Sequence record: SRR2962707_2131
DNA: 44,239 bases
Reading direction: 5' to 3' (one strand)
Position 1 is the stretch's first letter, and the number at the start of each line of letters is the position of its first letter. The position numbers and the translations under genes are program-made. Shown one piece after another: positions 40,431 to 44,239 of this stretch. The notes under the pieces are model-generated. The model searched no databases. It saw only the letters and a program-made list of their open reading frames with translations, and was not told where the DNA came from.

Positions 40431-41099
40431 TCAGTTATCCACCGTGAAGGACACTATCCGGGACAGGTGGCTGATGGGCATTTCCGTCTCTTCGTGCCAA
40501 CGGTTGAACGCCTCCTGGGCCTGGCTCATGCCTTTCTTGCTGGCCGGTGAGGCATCCAGTATTCCGGCCCGGGTCAGGGCGGTAACCACATCGTGGGACA
40601 GGATAAAACCATCCCAACCCACCCGGCGCAGGAAGTACTGGGCTGAGTTCCCGCCCAGACGCTCACCGTTACGCTTCAGGTAGAGCAGCAGCCCCACCTG
40701 ATCGGTCGACGGCCACTGGGCCAGAAACTGACCAAAGCTGCCATGGTCTTTCGCCACATCCATGATCATCCGGGCATTTTCCGGCACGGTCCGGATCTTC
40801 TGCATGTTGCGAACGATACGCTCGTCTGTAGCCAGCTGCTCCAGTACTTCTGGCGGCACCTGCTGCCAGTAGGCGGGCACAAACCCTTCGAAGGCCGCCT
40901 CAAAATCCGGCCATTTGTTCTCGATTACCCGCCAGACAAAACCAGCCTTGAAAATGCATCGGGTGATCTCGGACAGGTAACGGTCGTCGCCGATCTCCGC
41001 CAAACGATGTTTTTCGGTGACCGGAGGCAACAGGGATTTCAGGGCCTGCTCGCCACCCTTCCGGGCCAAGGCCTGCTGGTAAAACACAGAAAAGTTCAT
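40431..41099 (-). CDS. DNA-3-methyladenine glycosylase I family protein
   Basis: IFKAGFVWRVIENKWPDFEAAFEGF and DERIVRNMQKIRTVPENA are Tag-like motifs. Confidence 0.8.
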   Translation of the reverse strand: MNFSVFYQQALARKGGEQALKSLLPPVTEKHRLAEIGDDRYLSEITRCIFKAGFVWRVIENKWPDFEAAFEGFVPAYWQQVPPEVLEQLATDERIVRNMQKIRTVPENARMIMDVAKDHGSFGQFLAQWPSTDQVGLLLYLKRNGERLGGNSAQYFLRRVGWDGFILSHDVVTALTRAGILDASPASKKGMSQAQEAFNRWHEETEMPISHLSRIVSFTVDN

Positions 41100-41111
41100 A
41101 GACCCTCCACA

Positions 41112-41195
41112 GAGATCCCCAAATTGGGACCCAAAGAGCCCAATATGGGATTGAAAATACCCAAATCAGGTACTAAAGTACCCATATTGAGATTC
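41112..41195. repeat. Four 21-bp-period imperfect palindromic units (CCC-N5-GGG core), probable operator array
   Basis: Units gagatCCCCAAATTGGGaccc, aaagagCCCAATATGGGattg, aaaataCCCAAATCAGGtact, aaagtaCCCATATTGAGattc; they contain TTGAAA-N17-TAAAGT. Confidence 0.8.
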
Positions 41196-41213
41196 ATGAG
41201 ATGCAACCTGACC

Positions 41214-41792
41214 ATGCCCGGAACCAGTATCGGTGACGCACTGTTTACCAAAACCCAACAGCGCCTGCTATCGCTTATCTATGGCCATCCAGACCAGAGC
41301 CTGTACCTGAATGAACTGGTACGGCTGGCAAATATAGGGCGCGGCACCGTTGTCCGCGAGCTGGCCAAACTGACCGATTCCGGTCTGGTCGTCATGACCC
41401 GACAAGGCAACCAGAACCACTACCAGGCCAACCCGGACAACCCGATCTTCGATGAGCTGAAACACATCGTCCAGAAAACCTTTGGTATTTCCGATGTGCT
41501 CCGGAATGCCCTGGCGCCACTGGCGGATACTCTCGAACAGGCCTTTATCTACGGTTCCGTGGCAAAAGGGGATGCCCATGCGGGCAGCGATGTCGATGTC
41601 ATGCTGATCGGCCACGATCTCAGTTACAGCGAGGTTATGGAACTGCTGGCCCCCGCCGAACAACAATTACAACGAACCATCAATCCCACGTTATACTCTC
41701 CCGCCGAGTTCGAGCAGCGTATCAAAGACAATCAGAGTTTTGTCACCCGGGTGCTGGACCAACCCCGCCTCGACCTCCGCTTCAGCCACTGA
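41214..41792 (+). CDS. HTH plus minimal nucleotidyltransferase (MNT) antitoxin
   Basis: Start reassigned to MPGTSIGDALF. wHTH (YLNELVRLANIGRGTVVRELAKL) and GS-x10-DxD (YGSVAKGDAHAGSDVD). Confidence 0.88.
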   Translation: MPGTSIGDALFTKTQQRLLSLIYGHPDQSLYLNELVRLANIGRGTVVRELAKLTDSGLVVMTRQGNQNHYQANPDNPIFDELKHIVQKTFGISDVLRNALAPLADTLEQAFIYGSVAKGDAHAGSDVDVMLIGHDLSYSEVMELLAPAEQQLQRTINPTLYSPAEFEQRIKDNQSFVTRVLDQPRLDLRFSH

Positions 41793-41807
41793 GACAGGAC
41801 ACATTGC

Positions 41808-42227
41808 ATGGAAGCACTCGATAATCTGGTCAGGATCCGGCGACTCAAGGCAGAACCACCTGATGCCCGGGAGTTCGAAGGCATGCTCAAGGCTGCCGAC
41901 ACCAAGCTCCGGGACGCCTGCATTGAGGGATTGTCTGAGGACAGCCAGTTCTCTCTGGCTTATGGCGCCGCCCACGCATTATCGCTCGCCGCCCTGAGAT
42001 GGCACGGGTATCGTTCCGAAAGCCGCTATATTGTGTTCCAGTGCCTGCAACACACCATTGGCTTACCCAATGCCAAATGGCGCGTGTTGGACAAGTGTCA
42101 TTCGGCCCGCAATCTGGCCGAATACGAGGGCCACATGGACGTGAACCCCCAATTGCTGAAGGAGCTGATTGCGATCACTCGCGAGCTGCAATCACTGGTG
42201 AGGGATCTGCCGCCAATAGGAAACTGA
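41808..42227 (+). CDS. HEPN-domain protein, putative toxin
   Basis: 139-aa helical protein directly after the MNT gene; LAYGAAH, GYRS and R-x4-Y motif RNLAEY. Confidence 0.75.
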   Translation: MEALDNLVRIRRLKAEPPDAREFEGMLKAADTKLRDACIEGLSEDSQFSLAYGAAHALSLAALRWHGYRSESRYIVFQCLQHTIGLPNAKWRVLDKCHSARNLAEYEGHMDVNPQLLKELIAITRELQSLVRDLPPIGN

Positions 42228-42241
42228 CGTCTACCGCGATG

Positions 42242-42943
42242 TCAGATCTGCTTTAACCGGGCCAGCAGGGACTCCTGATCAAGGGCGCCACCCCAGGTAT
42301 TACCATGTACCAGATCCTCCAGCGGCAGCCGGGAACGCCAGCCTTTGGACTGTAATTCCGGTTGCTCCAGGAATTCACTGACATAGCCCAGGCAGAGATA
42401 GGCCAGTGGGTATACATGATCCGGCAACTGCAGGATATTCGACAGCACATCCTGATCCAGGATGCTCACCCAGCCCACGCCAATACCCTCGGCCCGAGCC
42501 GCCAGCCAGAGATTCTGCACCGCCAGGCAGGCGCTGAACAGGTCCATTTCCATAATAGAGTTACGCCCCAGGACATTGGGGCCGCCGCGGGATCGATCAC
42601 AGGTGATGCAGAGGTTGATGGGGCTTTCCAGAATGCCCTGCAGTTTCAGGCTCTGATAGGTTTGCTGGCGCTCGCCGGTGTAGTTTTCCGAGGCCTTTGC
42701 GTTTTCCTCGTTAAAACTGTCCAGCACCTGCTCGCGCACCGCCAGGCTGTCGATCACGATGAAATCCCAGGGCTGCATGAAGCCGACCGACGGGGCGTGG
42801 TGGGCAGCTCTCAGGATGCGCGCCAGAACCTCCTCCGGAATGGCATCCGGCAGGAACTGGGAGCGCACATCCCGGCGCTCGAAGATGGCCCGGTACAAGC
42901 CTTCGCGCTGGGCATCGCTGAAGGGATCATTCGGGTTACTCAC
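42242..42943 (-). CDS. bluB: 5,6-dimethylbenzimidazole synthase
   Basis: GTG start overlapping the cobQ stop (GTGA). [49 protein letters not shown]. Confidence 0.95.
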   Translation of the reverse strand: MSNPNDPFSDAQREGLYRAIFERRDVRSQFLPDAIPEEVLARILRAAHHAPSVGFMQPWDFIVIDSLAVREQVLDSFNEENAKASENYTGERQQTYQSLKLQGILESPINLCITCDRSRGGPNVLGRNSIMEMDLFSACLAVQNLWLAARAEGIGVGWVSILDQDVLSNILQLPDHVYPLAYLCLGYVSEFLEQPELQSKGWRSRLPLEDLVHGNTWGGALDQESLLARLKQI

Positions 42944-44238
42944 AACTGCAAAAGTCTCCTTAACCGGTCTGTGTCCAGGCATTGATCCACCTGATCGGCC
43001 AGGCGATCAAGCTGCTGCAGACGGTGACGCTGGTAGTCCACCGACTGCTCGCCCTGTGTTTTAAGGCCTGCCCAGGCCAGAATGGCCTTGCAGGCGGCTG
43101 GCTCGTCGAAGACGCCGTGGATATAGGTACCCGCCACCTGGCCATCCGCACTGACGGCGCCATCCGGCCTGCCTTCCAGCTCTGCAAATGGGCGCACCAG
43201 CGCCGCGCCTTCCGTGACGCCGTTGTGCATTTCATAGCCTTTCAGGGCGCCTGTCACCGCCGTGCTGGCAATATGGGAGGTCAGCCCGCCATTTACCATT
43301 CGAAGCTGCTTGCCCGACACCATACGGGTAACCATCTCGAACAGGGCCAGGCCCTTCGTAGTGCCGACTTCACCTTCCAGCCCTTCCGGGTCTTCCACTT
43401 TAAGCCCCAGCATCTGGAAGCCGCCACAGACACCCAGTAGCTTGCCGCCATACCGCAGGTGTTTCTGGATGGCCTTCGGCCAGCCTTGTTGCTTCAGCCA
43501 CTGCAGGTCGTGCCGGGTGCTTTTGCTGCCGGGCAGGATAATAAGATCGGCTGGCGGAATGGGTTCATCCGGCCCCACGAAAACCAGGTCAACGCCCGGG
43601 TGGAGTCGCAACGGATCAAAATCGTTGTGGTTGCTGATCCGGGGCAATACCGGCACCACCACTTTCAGGGCGCCGGCCTCGCTGGTGCCGGCGGCACTGA
43701 CGCTGTCTTCGGAGTCGATCACTAACCCGTGCAGATATGGCAAAACGCCGAACACCGGCTTGCCCGTGTGTTCCGTCAGCCAGTCCAGCCCGGGCTCCAA
43801 CAGCGCAATATCACCCCGGAACCGGTTGATGACAAAACCCGCCGTCCTGTCCCGCTCACTGTCGGAAAGCAACGCCAGTGTGCCCACCAGCTGGGCGAAG
43901 ACACCGCCCTTGTCGATATCCCCTACCAGCAACACCGGACAATCGGCGGCTTCGGCAAAACCCATGTTGGCAATGTCGTTGGCCCGCAGGTTGATTTCCG
44001 CCGGGCTGCCGGCGCCCTCAGCGATGATCACGTCGTAGCGGGCACTCAGTGCCTGCCAACTCGCCATCACCGAGTTGATCGCCTCAGCTTTGTAAGCGTG
44101 GTAATCCAGGGCATCCATATTGCCATGGACCTTGCCCCGCAAGATCACCTGGGCGCCGCAATCGCTCTGGGGTTTCAACAACACCGGGTTCATGTCGCTG
44201 TGGGGTTCCAGGCCACAGGCCAGCGCCTGTAACGCCGT
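42940..44238 (-). CDS. cobQ: Cobyric acid synthase, 5'-truncated by the window edge
   Basis: [62 protein letters not shown]; frame is open to the window end. Confidence 0.96.
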   Translation of the reverse strand, partial: TALQALACGLEPHSDMNPVLLKPQSDCGAQVILRGKVHGNMDALDYHAYKAEAINSVMASWQALSARYDVIIAEGAGSPAEINLRANDIANMGFAEAADCPVLLVGDIDKGGVFAQLVGTLALLSDSERDRTAGFVINRFRGDIALLEPGLDWLTEHTGKPVFGVLPYLHGLVIDSEDSVSAAGTSEAGALKVVVPVLPRISNHNDFDPLRLHPGVDLVFVGPDEPIPPADLIILPGSKSTRHDLQWLKQQGWPKAIQKHLRYGGKLLGVCGGFQMLGLKVEDPEGLEGEVGTTKGLALFEMVTRMVSGKQLRMVNGGLTSHIASTAVTGALKGYEMHNGVTEGAALVRPFAELEGRPDGAVSADGQVAGTYIHGVFDEPAACKAILAWAGLKTQGEQSVDYQRHRLQQLDRLADQVDQCLDTDRLRRLLQL

Positions 44239-44239
44239 G

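Noticed and set aside
41112-41195. Possible mini-CRISPR or replication iterons
   Set aside because: The units are contiguous and degenerate, with no unique spacers and no cas or rep gene nearby; an operator array fits better.
40743-41213. N-terminal extension of the MNT ORF with a 7-aa repeat (IPKLGPK/EPNMGLK/IPKSGTK)
   Set aside because: It is the translation of the 21-bp operator array and the antisense of the tag-like gene; the domain begins near ATG 41214.

Overview
A GC-rich gammaproteobacterial chromosomal window; gene content and order suggest a Marinobacter-like organism (inference). I found no rRNA, tRNA, CRISPR array or transposase. Left to right: the 3' part of an ammonium transporter; a minus-strand operon (MFP, RND pump, ABC ATPase, FtsX-type permease, AttH/CrtC-like lipoprotein); a small K+-channel-like gene; a second MFP/RND pair; an OprC-like TonB-dependent copper receptor; gdhA closely followed by an uncharacterised KaiC-like/PEP-synthase ATP-grasp protein; RegB/RegA; a PAS-PAS-GGDEF-EAL protein; a solitary ECF S-like membrane protein; SulP plus a persulfide dioxygenase; a PAS-GAF-GGDEF protein; a 'thermostable hemolysin' operon (acyltransferase-like protein, acyl-CoA ligase fused in frame to a CADD/TenA-like diiron enzyme, SDR, periplasmic TPR protein) divergent from a PmrAB/QseBC-like pair and a GT2-DedA-ArnT cassette; cobS; a tag-like glycosylase; an HTH-MNT/HEPN toxin-antitoxin pair; bluB; and partial cobQ. 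The best candidates for new biology are: (1) the hemolysin/ligase-diiron operon, tied to the envelope-modification genes by three identically built PmrA-box promoters; (2) the gdhA-coupled KaiC-like/dikinase-like protein; (3) a four-copy, 21-bp-period operator array at the toxin-antitoxin promoter. All functional calls come from motifs recognised by eye, not from database searches.
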